A stretch of DNA of 64,000 bases from assembly GCA_035568115.1 (NCBI GenBank), contig DATMOP010000086.1, positions 31,279-95,278 of the forward strand. Direction: 5' to 3'. This DNA is from Candidatus Acidiferrum sp. (GTDB taxonomy: Bacteria; Acidobacteriota; Terriglobia; Terriglobales; Acidobacteriaceae). The notes beneath the pieces are model-generated. The model worked only from the letters and a program-made list of their open reading frames with translations. It ran no database searches and was not told where the DNA came from. A program made the translations under genes and the position numbers. Positions 24,892 to 32,444 of this stretch are shown here, one piece after another; positions within the stretch are counted from its first letter, which is position 1, and the number at the start of each line of letters is the position of its first letter.

Positions 24892-27278
24892 GACGAAATC
24901 TCCTTTGGCTCAGACTCATGCAGCGCACGCATTTCCAGCAGTGCCATCAAGAACGACAGGGTTGATTCCGCACCTTGATTCTCGTTGGCGCGGTCGGGAT
25001 GAAGGCCGTCGCGGCAACCGCCGGTGACGGAATCATAAAGAGCAAGTTGCAGATCGTTGTCGCCAAGAAACCAGTTGAATGCCGACCACGCCTCATCGCG
25101 CCAGCGAGCGTCGCCGGTTACGCGGTACGCTTGCAGACAGGCGGAAACCGAGCCCGCGGCTTCAATCGGCTGTTGATCGAAGCGGGCTTTTTCACCACCC
25201 TGGCGATAGAAACCTTGCGAGCCGATCGGAACAAAGTGGCCGTTGGCTTCGCAACGCTGCGTTTCCATCAGCCAATCCAGCGATTCCAGTCCGGCGGAAG
25301 TCATGCGGTCACTTTCGCAAGCCGCACCCACCAGCAGCATGGCTTGCGGCAATCTTGCATTTCCGTAAGCTGCAACATCCTCAAACCACTTCCAATCTGG
25401 ACGCCGGATCGACTCATACATATCGAGCAATCTCTTAGCCAAAGCGAATCGTACGTGCTTGGCGTCCCGGTCGCCAGAGTACGAATGGAGGTACTCTTGA
25501 ATTCCAAGCAAAGCATAAGCGCAGGCACGAGGACTGTAGAACTCGAGAACTGCGGGCAGCGAGAACTCGAACAAACGCCCGGCCGCGCCCCTTAATCCAT
25601 GATTCGTAGAGCGGGCCAGAAGAGTCCCCAGCGCCCACAAGGCGCGACCGTGCGAATCCTCCGATCCCTGTTCTTCGATCCAGCGGTGATCGTAGCCGAG
25701 GAAGTTTCGGAACCTTTTCTTCTCGGGATCGAAGGCGTGTTCCAGGAATGCCAAATAGCGGAAAGGCCAGTCGGGGTTCACGGATTCGGAGTTCGCGAAC
25801 TGGCTAATCCCCAACTGCTCCAGCAGCACCGAGAAGATGAGGGCGCGCGCGTTGTCGTCGGTGGTATATCCCTCGGCGCGATTGGGGATGGTAAAGATGG
25901 CATGCTGCAGCATCCCCGTATCGTCAGTAAGCGCGTTCACGTGACTCAGATTTAATTCCGGCAGCTGGTTCAACGTTTTCTGCGTCGCGCGGGCCAAGAA
26001 CTGGACGCGAGGGGCTTCCATGCGATCGCTGCGCACGCGTGAAAAACTCTCCATGTAGCCTTGCGCAACTCGTTTCCAGATCATCTCTCGTGCGTACAAA
26101 TACGCACGCTTGCGCATGGCATGGCGTATGGCCGGTGTGTCCAGAAGCTCAATGGTCTTTTGTGCGACCGCATCTGGGTTTTGGAATGGCACCAGAGCCC
26201 CGCGACGGTCGTCTAATAATTCAATCGCGTGCCAGTATGGAGTCGAGATAATCGCCTTGCCCGCGCCCAGCGCGTACGCGAGTGTTCCGGAGACGACCTG
26301 CGCTTCGTGGCGATAGGGAGTGATATAGATGTCGGCGGCGCCGATGAACTCGGCCATCTCCTCGGGGCTGGCGAAGCGGTTGTGGAAGATTACCTGGGAT
26401 TCCACTCCCACCTCCTTGGCCAAAGCTTGCAGGCTGGCACGATACTTGTCACCCTCGCGGCGGAGGATGTGAGGATGGGTCGCGCCCGCGACGATGTAAA
26501 CCACATTCTTGTGTCTGGACAATATCTGCGGCAAAGCTTGAATTACGTTTTCGATTCCCTTGTTCGGTGAGAGCAGTCCGAACGTGAGAAGAACCGCCTT
26601 CCCTTGCACACCGAATCGGTCTTTGTAGAAATTCGGGTCAAGAAACGGCAGGTCTGGAACTCCGTGAGGAACCATGTCGATCTTGCTGCCTGGCACCTTG
26701 AAGATCTCCTGCAGGAACTGGGAGGAGAGCTGGCTCATGACAATCAGGCGATCCGAGAGCTCTGCGATCTCTTCCATGACCGCCAGTTGGCTGGGGTCCG
26801 GTTCGCGCAAAACAGTGTGCAGCGTGGTCACTACGGGCATCTTCAAGCCGCGCAGCAGATGCAGGATGTGGCTACCCGCCGGGCCGCCGAAGATTCCATA
26901 TTCGTGCTGCAGGCACACCATGTCGATATTGTTGAAGTTCAGGAAAGCAGCTGCTTCCTGATAGGACGTCAGTTCGTCCTGAGCGAGCGACCATCGCACG
27001 CGCGCGGGATAGTCGTACCCTTGGTCGGTATCGTTCACCGGCAGAGCCAGCAATCGGGCTGTGCCGTACTCGGCGGCGATGGCCTCGCACAGGTCGGTGG
27101 TGAATGTAGCGATTCCGCAGTGCCTCGGGAGATAGTTGCCGATCACCGCGATCCGACTGGGCAGCGATGGCTTCGATTGCGGCCGGGGGCGAGCAACTGA
27201 AACCGCTCCAAGCGCAAGAGGTCGGGGGCCAACGACTTGCAGGATTCGTTTGGGAAACATCGTGTTGGGTAGCGACAT
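24888..27278 (-). CDS. Family-4 glycosyltransferase fused to a C-terminal domain of about 400 aa, probably an alpha/alpha-barrel
   Basis: N-terminal RIAVIGNYLPRHCGIATFTTDL and GT-B features (VGRLSP-like LLSPNKGIE, E-x7-E region). The long helical C-terminal half is of unknown function. Confidence 0.8.
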   Translation of the reverse strand: MSLPNTMFPKRILQVVGPRPLALGAVSVARPRPQSKPSLPSRIAVIGNYLPRHCGIATFTTDLCEAIAAEYGTARLLALPVNDTDQGYDYPARVRWSLAQDELTSYQEAAAFLNFNNIDMVCLQHEYGIFGGPAGSHILHLLRGLKMPVVTTLHTVLREPDPSQLAVMEEIAELSDRLIVMSQLSSQFLQEIFKVPGSKIDMVPHGVPDLPFLDPNFYKDRFGVQGKAVLLTFGLLSPNKGIENVIQALPQILSRHKNVVYIVAGATHPHILRREGDKYRASLQALAKEVGVESQVIFHNRFASPEEMAEFIGAADIYITPYRHEAQVVSGTLAYALGAGKAIISTPYWHAIELLDDRRGALVPFQNPDAVAQKTIELLDTPAIRHAMRKRAYLYAREMIWKRVAQGYMESFSRVRSDRMEAPRVQFLARATQKTLNQLPELNLSHVNALTDDTGMLQHAIFTIPNRAEGYTTDDNARALIFSVLLEQLGISQFANSESVNPDWPFRYLAFLEHAFDPEKKRFRNFLGYDHRWIEEQGSEDSHGRALWALGTLLARSTNHGLRGAAGRLFEFSLPAVLEFYSPRACAYALLGIQEYLHSYSGDRDAKHVRFALAKRLLDMYESIRRPDWKWFEDVAAYGNARLPQAMLLVGAACESDRMTSAGLESLDWLMETQRCEANGHFVPIGSQGFYRQGGEKARFDQQPIEAAGSVSACLQAYRVTGDARWRDEAWSAFNWFLGDNDLQLALYDSVTGGCRDGLHPDRANENQGAESTLSFLMALLEMRALHESEPKEISS

Positions 27279-27398
27279 TTGTGCCTAACCCTGAGGAGAA
27301 TAGGTATCGCCCAGTGTCCGGACGAGCTGCGAGCCATCATCGGCGCTGACTTTAAAATTTGCTTGTGGTTCAGTATTTAACGAAAACCGCTTTGAGAC

Positions 27399-27416
27399 TG
27401 ATCACTATTGATCAGT
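27399..27416. promoter_or_regulatory. Perfect palindrome CTGATCA-N4-TGATCAG in the divergent intergenic region
   Basis: 7-bp arms with a 4-nt spacer, 32 nt upstream of the mini zinc-finger ORF. Confidence 0.3.
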
Positions 27417-27447
27417 ACGTGAACAGGCAACGGTGCATTATGCGAAG

Positions 27448-27588
27448 ATGAGCGCCAAAAAAGACCCGGCCTTGGCGGTGCGTTGCCCCACTTGCGGGGC
27501 CAAACGGGGAGAGAAGTGTGAACTGGGCACTGGCCAACCCCGCACCACGCCGCATCGAGATCGGCGTCTAGTGGCTTCGGAAAAGTAA
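27448..27588 (+). CDS. Mini zinc-finger protein (46 aa; CPxC-x8-C-x13-H; below the ORF-track cutoff)
   Basis: My translation is MSAKKDPALAVRCPTCGAKRGEKCELGTGQPRTTPHRDRRLVASEK. The core is 14/29 identical to ORF 30600-30833. Confidence 0.55.
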   Translation: MSAKKDPALAVRCPTCGAKRGEKCELGTGQPRTTPHRDRRLVASEK

Positions 27589-27669
27589 CTGCTGGTTTTC
27601 AATTGGGTTTCTATAAAGAAGACACCGCTCGTTTCCTACCGCGGCCGGCTCATTTCCGGAGAACAATCC

Positions 27670-27990
27670 CTACTCAGCAGCGCCGCTATTCCTAGATTGG
27701 TCGGCGCGCCAAACGTAGAGGTATTTCTCGTCGCTCGACGTCAATACAGGGATTTGTTTCTCGCGCGTTACGCGGTTCAGCGCGGAGCGAAGATTCTGCA
27801 TTTTCTCACCATTCAAGCTGCTCAGCGGGATCTTGACTGCTTGCTTGTCGTTCAGCTTTGAAAGGTCGGCTAGAATGTCCGCCACTGCCTTCCGATGTTT
27901 TCCCTTGCGACCCTGTGGAACATCGGACCGATTCACCGCCGCATAGTGGCTGTCTTTTCCGTTTCCGTTTCCGTTTCCGTTGCGTGCCAT
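27670..27990 (-). CDS. Hypothetical protein (106 aa) with an N-terminal (NG)4 repeat
   Basis: Clean ORF in the lower-GC locus. I recognise no family. Confidence 0.5.
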   Translation of the reverse strand: MARNGNGNGNGKDSHYAAVNRSDVPQGRKGKHRKAVADILADLSKLNDKQAVKIPLSSLNGEKMQNLRSALNRVTREKQIPVLTSSDEKYLYVWRADQSRNSGAAE

Positions 27991-28270
27991 GGTTAGCCTG
28001 CTCTCGTTGCGTTATGTACGCTACGCGACAAATCGTACCGCAAAGAATCGTATCCTGCAACTGAAAATCCATGCGAAACCAGACTGCGGCAACAATCCGC
28101 TGCGTATCCGTACATTACGTCTTGCATTATCAATAACTTACACTACTCGCGTTACACTAAGACCTGCTAAGAGTTCACCCGTATTGAGGAAAAAACGATA
28201 GCGTAGGTGAGGAATGTTGGTGAAAGGGAGACTGGGACTGAGAGACTCTCCGCAAGAACGACAGGAAATT

Positions 28271-28954
28271 ATGACTCCAGTTACGGTAGTGAATAACAAG
28301 AGACACCATGAATTCGATCCCGACACCTTCCTCGCGACGATTGGCGATGGCAGGAAGATTCTGTTTGTGGCGAAAAAGCAACTGATCTTCGCGCAAGGTG
28401 ACCAGGCAGACGCTGTGTTCTATATCCAGAAGGGCAAAGTGAGGCTCACCGTCGTGTCACAGGCAGGCAAGGAAGCAACGATCGCTCTTGTGAGCGAGCG
28501 GAATTTCTTTGGCGAGGGATCGCTGGCCGGTCAGGTGCTGCGTATGGGATCCGCCTCGGCCATGACCGATTGTGACCTCCTCCGGGTGGAGAAGAAGGCG
28601 ATGATGCAGGCCCTTCACCGCGAACACGCATTTTCAGACATGTTCGTGGCGTATCTGCTGGCGCGCAATATCCGGTACGAAGAGGATCTGGTCGACCAAC
28701 TGTTCAACTCCAGCGAGAAGAGACTGGCCCGCGTCCTTTTATTGCTGGCTCACTTCGGCAAAGAGGGCATTCCGGAAACGGTTGTTCCGAAGATCAGTCA
28801 GGAGACCCTGGCCGCAATGGTCGGAACTACGCGCTCGCGAGTAAGCTTCTTTATGAACCGGTTCAGAAAAATGGGCTTCATTGAGTATGCCGGGGGAGCG
28901 GAAGGCGCTCTGCAAGTCCACAGCTCTCTGCTCAATGTAGTTCTGCACGATTGA
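28271..28954 (+). CDS. Crp/Fnr-family transcriptional regulator
   Basis: cNMP-binding-type beta roll (IFAQGDQADAVFYIQKGKVRLTVVSQAGKEATIA...FFGEGSL) and a C-terminal HTH (SQETLAAMVGTTRSRVSFFMNRFRKMGFI). Confidence 0.9.
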   Translation: MTPVTVVNNKRHHEFDPDTFLATIGDGRKILFVAKKQLIFAQGDQADAVFYIQKGKVRLTVVSQAGKEATIALVSERNFFGEGSLAGQVLRMGSASAMTDCDLLRVEKKAMMQALHREHAFSDMFVAYLLARNIRYEEDLVDQLFNSSEKRLARVLLLLAHFGKEGIPETVVPKISQETLAAMVGTTRSRVSFFMNRFRKMGFIEYAGGAEGALQVHSSLLNVVLHD

Positions 28955-29216
28955 GCGCCTCGGCGTATGCGGTCTCCAAGTGGCCCGCGTCTTTGATGCT
29001 CACCATCTCCCATTCAATCGGGAAAAAATAGCGGACGCCTCCCGGGATGCTTGCCGGATCTGGCCGGTGGCCACACGACAGGCAGATCGCTCCCACTGAG
29101 CTGAGGTCAGTCTCTTTCGAGATTTCATTCTCGCGGACCCCCAGCGAGCCGGCGATGACCGGGCCCGCGCACAGGTGGCACAGGTAAGCCGATAAGTGAA
29201 GGTATTGTTTCCTCAT
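28932..29216 (-). CDS. Cys-rich small protein (94 aa) with a CxxC...CxxC putative zinc ribbon
   Basis: GGAG SD 6 nt upstream of the ATG at 29214-29216. CHLCAGP ... CLSCGH. The 3' end overlaps the crp 3' end by 23 nt (convergent). Confidence 0.55.
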   Translation of the reverse strand: MRKQYLHLSAYLCHLCAGPVIAGSLGVRENEISKETDLSSVGAICLSCGHRPDPASIPGGVRYFFPIEWEMVSIKDAGHLETAYAEALNRAELH

Positions 29217-29276
29217 TGTTTTCTCCTTGAAGAGTCTGCCGATGGATTTACATCGTAGCCCTTGGGACATGAGGCA

Positions 29277-29293
29277 TCTGTTCACAATTGCTC
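29277..29293 (-). promoter_or_regulatory. Copy 1 of the 17-nt motif GAGCAATTGTGAACAGA (upstream of the Cys-rich gene)
   Basis: Perfect 17/17 match to 29883-29899 when read in the direction of the downstream gene. It lies 60 nt before the ATG. Confidence 0.6.
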
Positions 29294-29368
29294 TCCGCAG
29301 ACATTCTGCGCGCACATACGTATTAGCCAATCACAGAACAGTTCGCTACGACCCTTTGGGCAAGGAGT

Positions 29369-29385
29369 GTGCAAATTTGAACAGC
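29369..29385 (+). promoter_or_regulatory. Copy 3 (degenerate, 13/17) of the motif, GTGCAAATTTGAACAGC, upstream of the receiver gene
   Basis: It lies 59 nt before the ATG at 29445, the same spacing as copy 1. Confidence 0.4.
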
Positions 29386-29413
29386 ATTGTGTAGCCCCAT
29401 AACCGATCATTCT

Positions 29414-29441
29414 GAGCAAGGGGCTTTGAGCAAGGGGCTTT
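29414..29441 (+). repeat. Perfect tandem duplication, 2 x GAGCAAGGGGCTTT
   Basis: The two copies span 29414-29427 and 29428-29441, ending 3 nt before the receiver start codon. Each copy carries an SD-like AAGGGG. Confidence 0.85.
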
Positions 29442-29444
29442 CAG

Positions 29445-29849
29445 ATGTCGACGAATGGGACCGGCAAGACGATCCTTTGCATTGACGATGATGACGGAGT
29501 GCTGAGTTACCACAGAGCGCTGCTCGAGAGGCGTGGATATGAGGTGCTCACCGCAGCCTCCGCACGAACAGGGCTGCAAATTGCAGCGACCTGCGCCGTC
29601 GCGGCAGTCATCGTTGACTACCACATGCCGGAAATGGACGGCCACGAAGTGGCAGCCGAAATAAAGCGCATCAGTCCACAGGTTCCTATTGTCATGGTTT
29701 CCAATGACCCTGAGGTCCCGGAACACGTGTTGAAGGTGGTCGATGCTTTCGTTTCTAAAGACGAGGCGTCCAGCCGATTGTTGCCAGTGATCTCCCAAAT
29801 GTGCGGGCAAGCCTCGCCGGGATTCCCGGAAGCAAGAGCCACCGCATAG
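29445..29849 (+). CDS. Stand-alone response-regulator receiver (CheY-like) protein
   Basis: ILCIDDDD acidic pocket, VIVDYHMPEMDG phospho-acceptor Asp, VMVS, and conserved Lys in FVSKDE. Confidence 0.9.
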   Translation: MSTNGTGKTILCIDDDDGVLSYHRALLERRGYEVLTAASARTGLQIAATCAVAAVIVDYHMPEMDGHEVAAEIKRISPQVPIVMVSNDPEVPEHVLKVVDAFVSKDEASSRLLPVISQMCGQASPGFPEARATA

Positions 29850-29882
29850 AAGTTGGGGCTCATTTCCTGCCCTTTTCTGATT

Positions 29883-29899
29883 GAGCAATTGTGAACAGA
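29883..29899 (+). promoter_or_regulatory. Copy 2 of the 17-nt motif GAGCAATTGTGAACAGA (upstream of the pseudo-receiver gene)
   Basis: Perfect match to copy 1. It lies 28 nt before the GTG at 29928 and 34 nt before the ATG at 29934. Confidence 0.6.
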
Positions 29900-29927
29900 A
29901 CAGGAAACCCTGGGCTTGTATACATAA

Positions 29928-30476
29928 GTGGGTATGGCTGCCAACAATATCCTTCTCTGCATACACCGGGATCCTGAACAACTCAGGGTGTTGCAAGAAC
30001 ACGGATATAACCTGGTCACAGCCACCGATGGGTGCGAGGGATTACGGCTTTTAATGTCGCGCTCCGTGGATGCAATTGTGCTCGAGCATTACCTGGGCCT
30101 GCTGGATGGTTCAACCATCGCCTACGAGATCAGGCAGGTCCGGCCGGAAATCCCCATTGTCCTCGTTACCGACCACCTGGAATTGCCTGATTGCGCCTTG
30201 AATTCCGTCGATGCCCTTGTGACCAAGTCCGATGGGGCGCATTTCCTGTGGGCGACAGTTCATTTTGTCCTGAATGTGAAGCCAGCCCAGCGGTTGGAGC
30301 GGTTGGAAGGAAGGAAGAAATATCAAACAACCGCGCATCTGCGGCGTCCCGGCAGAGGAAGAGAGCCGGCGGTGCGTGCGCAGGTCAACTCTCCTCAATT
30401 GGCCAACAGGGAGAAGGATGCAGCTTTCCCGCGCACAGTGTGGCGAGGCATCCGGAATGGGACGATCCAATTCTGA
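29928..30476 (+). CDS. Degenerate (pseudo-)receiver domain protein with a basic C-terminal tail
   Basis: Paralogous to the upstream receiver, but the acidic pocket is IHRD and the phospho-acceptor Asp is replaced (IVLEHYLGLLDG). Lys is retained (LVTKSD). The start may be the ATG at 29934. Confidence 0.75.
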   Translation: MGMAANNILLCIHRDPEQLRVLQEHGYNLVTATDGCEGLRLLMSRSVDAIVLEHYLGLLDGSTIAYEIRQVRPEIPIVLVTDHLELPDCALNSVDALVTKSDGAHFLWATVHFVLNVKPAQRLERLEGRKKYQTTAHLRRPGRGREPAVRAQVNSPQLANREKDAAFPRTVWRGIRNGTIQF

Positions 30477-30550
30477 CCCGAATTGATCCGCTGCGCGATT
30501 CCCTTTTCAGGCCAGGCTAGGACCCTTCAGAGCGCCAAACTAGACGTTCA

Positions 30551-30567
30551 GAGCAAGATTGACCATC
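30551..30567 (+). promoter_or_regulatory. Copy 4 (weak, 11/17) of the motif, GAGCAAGATTGACCATC
   Basis: It lies 32 nt upstream of the GTG start at 30600, similar to the spacing of copy 2. Confidence 0.3.
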
Positions 30568-30599
30568 TTTTCGCAGTGCCAAAGCCTAACAATTAAGGC

Positions 30600-30833
30600 G
30601 TGACGCCCGAACTCACATTGCGACACATCCTTTCGGTCAGTTGCCCGATGTGCCGGGCAAAACCTAGAGAAAGGTGCGTGCTGAGCACCGGACATCCGTG
30701 CAGCAAAACTCATCTAGCCCGCGGATCGGCAGCGGCGAAACTTCCGCAGCCTGACCACCCTGTTCTGGCTGCTATGCGTACCATCCAGAAACTTGCGAGC
30801 CGTAGGCTGCGCGGTCTCCTACAACGGGAATAG
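30600..30833 (+). CDS. Mini zinc-finger protein paralog (77 aa; CPxC-x8-C-x13-H)
   Basis: VSCPMCRAKPRERCVLSTGHPCSKTHLAR aligns with VRCPTCGAKRGEKCELGTGQPRTTPHRDR of ORF 27448-27588. GTG start with TAAGG upstream. Confidence 0.55.
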   Translation: MTPELTLRHILSVSCPMCRAKPRERCVLSTGHPCSKTHLARGSAAAKLPQPDHPVLAAMRTIQKLASRRLRGLLQRE

Positions 30834-30879
30834 ACCGCGCCAGAGACTTACGGGATTCACAATTCCGAGAGAACGCCTT

Positions 30880-31026
30880 TCACACTGCGCGGCGGCCACT
30901 GAGCAGGTTAATGACTAATACCACCAGCGCCACCACCAGAAGCAGATGGATCAGGCCTCCAGCCACGTGCAGGCTGAAGCCCAGAAGCCACAGAACCAGA
31001 AGAACAACAAAAATTGTCCAAAGCAT
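30880..31026 (-). CDS. lmo0937-family small membrane protein (48 aa)
   Basis: MLWTIFVVLLVLWLLGFSLHVAGGLIHLLLVVALVVLVINLLSGRR. A GAGGAG SD lies upstream of the internal ATG at 31026. Confidence 0.75.
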   Translation of the reverse strand: MLWTIFVVLLVLWLLGFSLHVAGGLIHLLLVVALVVLVINLLSGRRAV

Positions 31027-31298
31027 AGTAGTCTCCTCACTCCAAAGGTCGGTCCATTCTGCACGGGCCCCGTCCTGAATACTGAGCCGCATTGCTCTAT
31101 TGCGCAAAGTTAGTTGCTGGCGAGCATCTCCCTGTTGCCCGCAAACGGAAGTGAGCAATTCAGACCAGCCATGGCTTCCCGCCTGAGCGATGATGATTAG
31201 GAGACGAGCACCTCTTCTCTCTCTTTCAGGTTCTCTGAGCTAAGTCAGCCCATCTGAAGTTCTCTCCTCTTAGTTTCGCAGTCCTAAAGGAACAATTC

Positions 31299-32015
31299 AT
31301 GAAAAAGACAATGTCACTGCTGTTGGTGAGTTTGATGGGCATGTTGGGAACCTATGCATGGGCGGGGTCGGCCCGCGAAGATACGGTCGAGCGGATGCAA
31401 AAGTCAGTGGACGTACTGCACGCGATCATGTCCACACCGGATAAAGGCATTCCGGAAGAAGTTTTGAACGACGCGAAGTGCATCGTGGTAGTGCCGGACC
31501 TGATTAAAGGAGGCTTCATTTTTGGCGGCAAGCACGGACGCGGCGTGGCCTCCTGCCGGACTGCGGAAGGGTGGAGCGCACCGGCATTCATTTCGGTCGG
31601 CGGTGGAAGCTGGGGATTGCAGATCGGAATCGAAGGAGTAGATCTGGTCATGCTGGTTATGAACGACCGTGGTCTGCAACATTTGCTTTCTAGCAAGTTT
31701 GAACTCACGGGTGAAGGATCGGTTGCTGCAGGTCCGGTGGGCCGTCACGCATCGGCGGGAACTGACTGGAAGATGAATACGGAAATGCTGACCTACTCGC
31801 GATCGAAGGGCGTGTTCGCCGGCTTGACGCTGGAAGGCGCAGTGGTCGAGCAGGATAACGACTCGACTCATGCCATTTACGGCAAGCACATGCTGTTCCG
31901 CAACATTCTTTCGGGCAAAGCCACCACTCCGAGGAGCGCGGACGCATTCGTCAGAGCGGTGTCCGAGGCAGGCCAGCACGCCAAGGTAGCCGAAGCGCGC
32001 GAAGACAACAAATAG
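31299..32015 (+). CDS. Secreted SYLF (Ysc84/DUF500) lipid-binding domain protein
   Basis: Signal peptide, then AKCIVVVPDLIKGGFIFGGKHGRGV...GGGSWGLQIG...GEGSVAAGPVGR, typical of SYLF. Confidence 0.8.
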   Translation: MKKTMSLLLVSLMGMLGTYAWAGSAREDTVERMQKSVDVLHAIMSTPDKGIPEEVLNDAKCIVVVPDLIKGGFIFGGKHGRGVASCRTAEGWSAPAFISVGGGSWGLQIGIEGVDLVMLVMNDRGLQHLLSSKFELTGEGSVAAGPVGRHASAGTDWKMNTEMLTYSRSKGVFAGLTLEGAVVEQDNDSTHAIYGKHMLFRNILSGKATTPRSADAFVRAVSEAGQHAKVAEAREDNK

Positions 32016-32055
32016 GCGCGTCAGAACCATGCAAACACTCAAAGGAGAAAACAAA

Positions 32056-32409
32056 ATGAAATTGAACTGGATTTGGGGATTACTGTTCGCAACCGCTCTG
32101 TGCGTCCCGGCGTCGGCGCAGATTTCCGTATATGTCGGAAGCGCGCCACCGCCATTGCGTTACGAAGAGCGTGGGCCGGAGCCGGGTCCAGGCTACGCCT
32201 GGGTCGAGGGCTATTGGGCTCCGAACGGGCGTCACTACCGGTGGGTCGCAGGACGCTGGGATCGTCCGCCGTACGAAGGCGCATATTGGAACCATCCTCA
32301 CTACGATCACCAGCGGCAAGGCTGGCAATTGCATGAAGGCCATTGGGATCACGAGAACCACGACAGAGACCACGAAAATCACGGCGAGCACCATGATCAC
32401 GATCACTAA
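32056..32409 (+). CDS. Secreted YXWGXW/WxxGxW-repeat protein with a His/Asp-rich C-terminal tail
   Basis: AAAGGAG SD plus ATG at 32056. YAWVEGYWAPNGRHYRWVAGRWDRPP repeats. Tail HEGHWDHENHDRDHENHGEHHDHDH. Confidence 0.75.
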   Translation: MKLNWIWGLLFATALCVPASAQISVYVGSAPPPLRYEERGPEPGPGYAWVEGYWAPNGRHYRWVAGRWDRPPYEGAYWNHPHYDHQRQGWQLHEGHWDHENHDRDHENHGEHHDHDH

Positions 32410-32444
32410 CTGCGGCTGATGTTCTGCGCAGTCAACTGGCGGGA

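Noticed and set aside
28120-28140. TTGCATTATCAA as an FNR/CRP box upstream of the Crp-family gene
   Set aside because: The half-site spacing is wrong (2 nt instead of 4-6) and the left half is imperfect. The CGTATCC direct repeat nearby (28049, 28103) is also too short to be meaningful.
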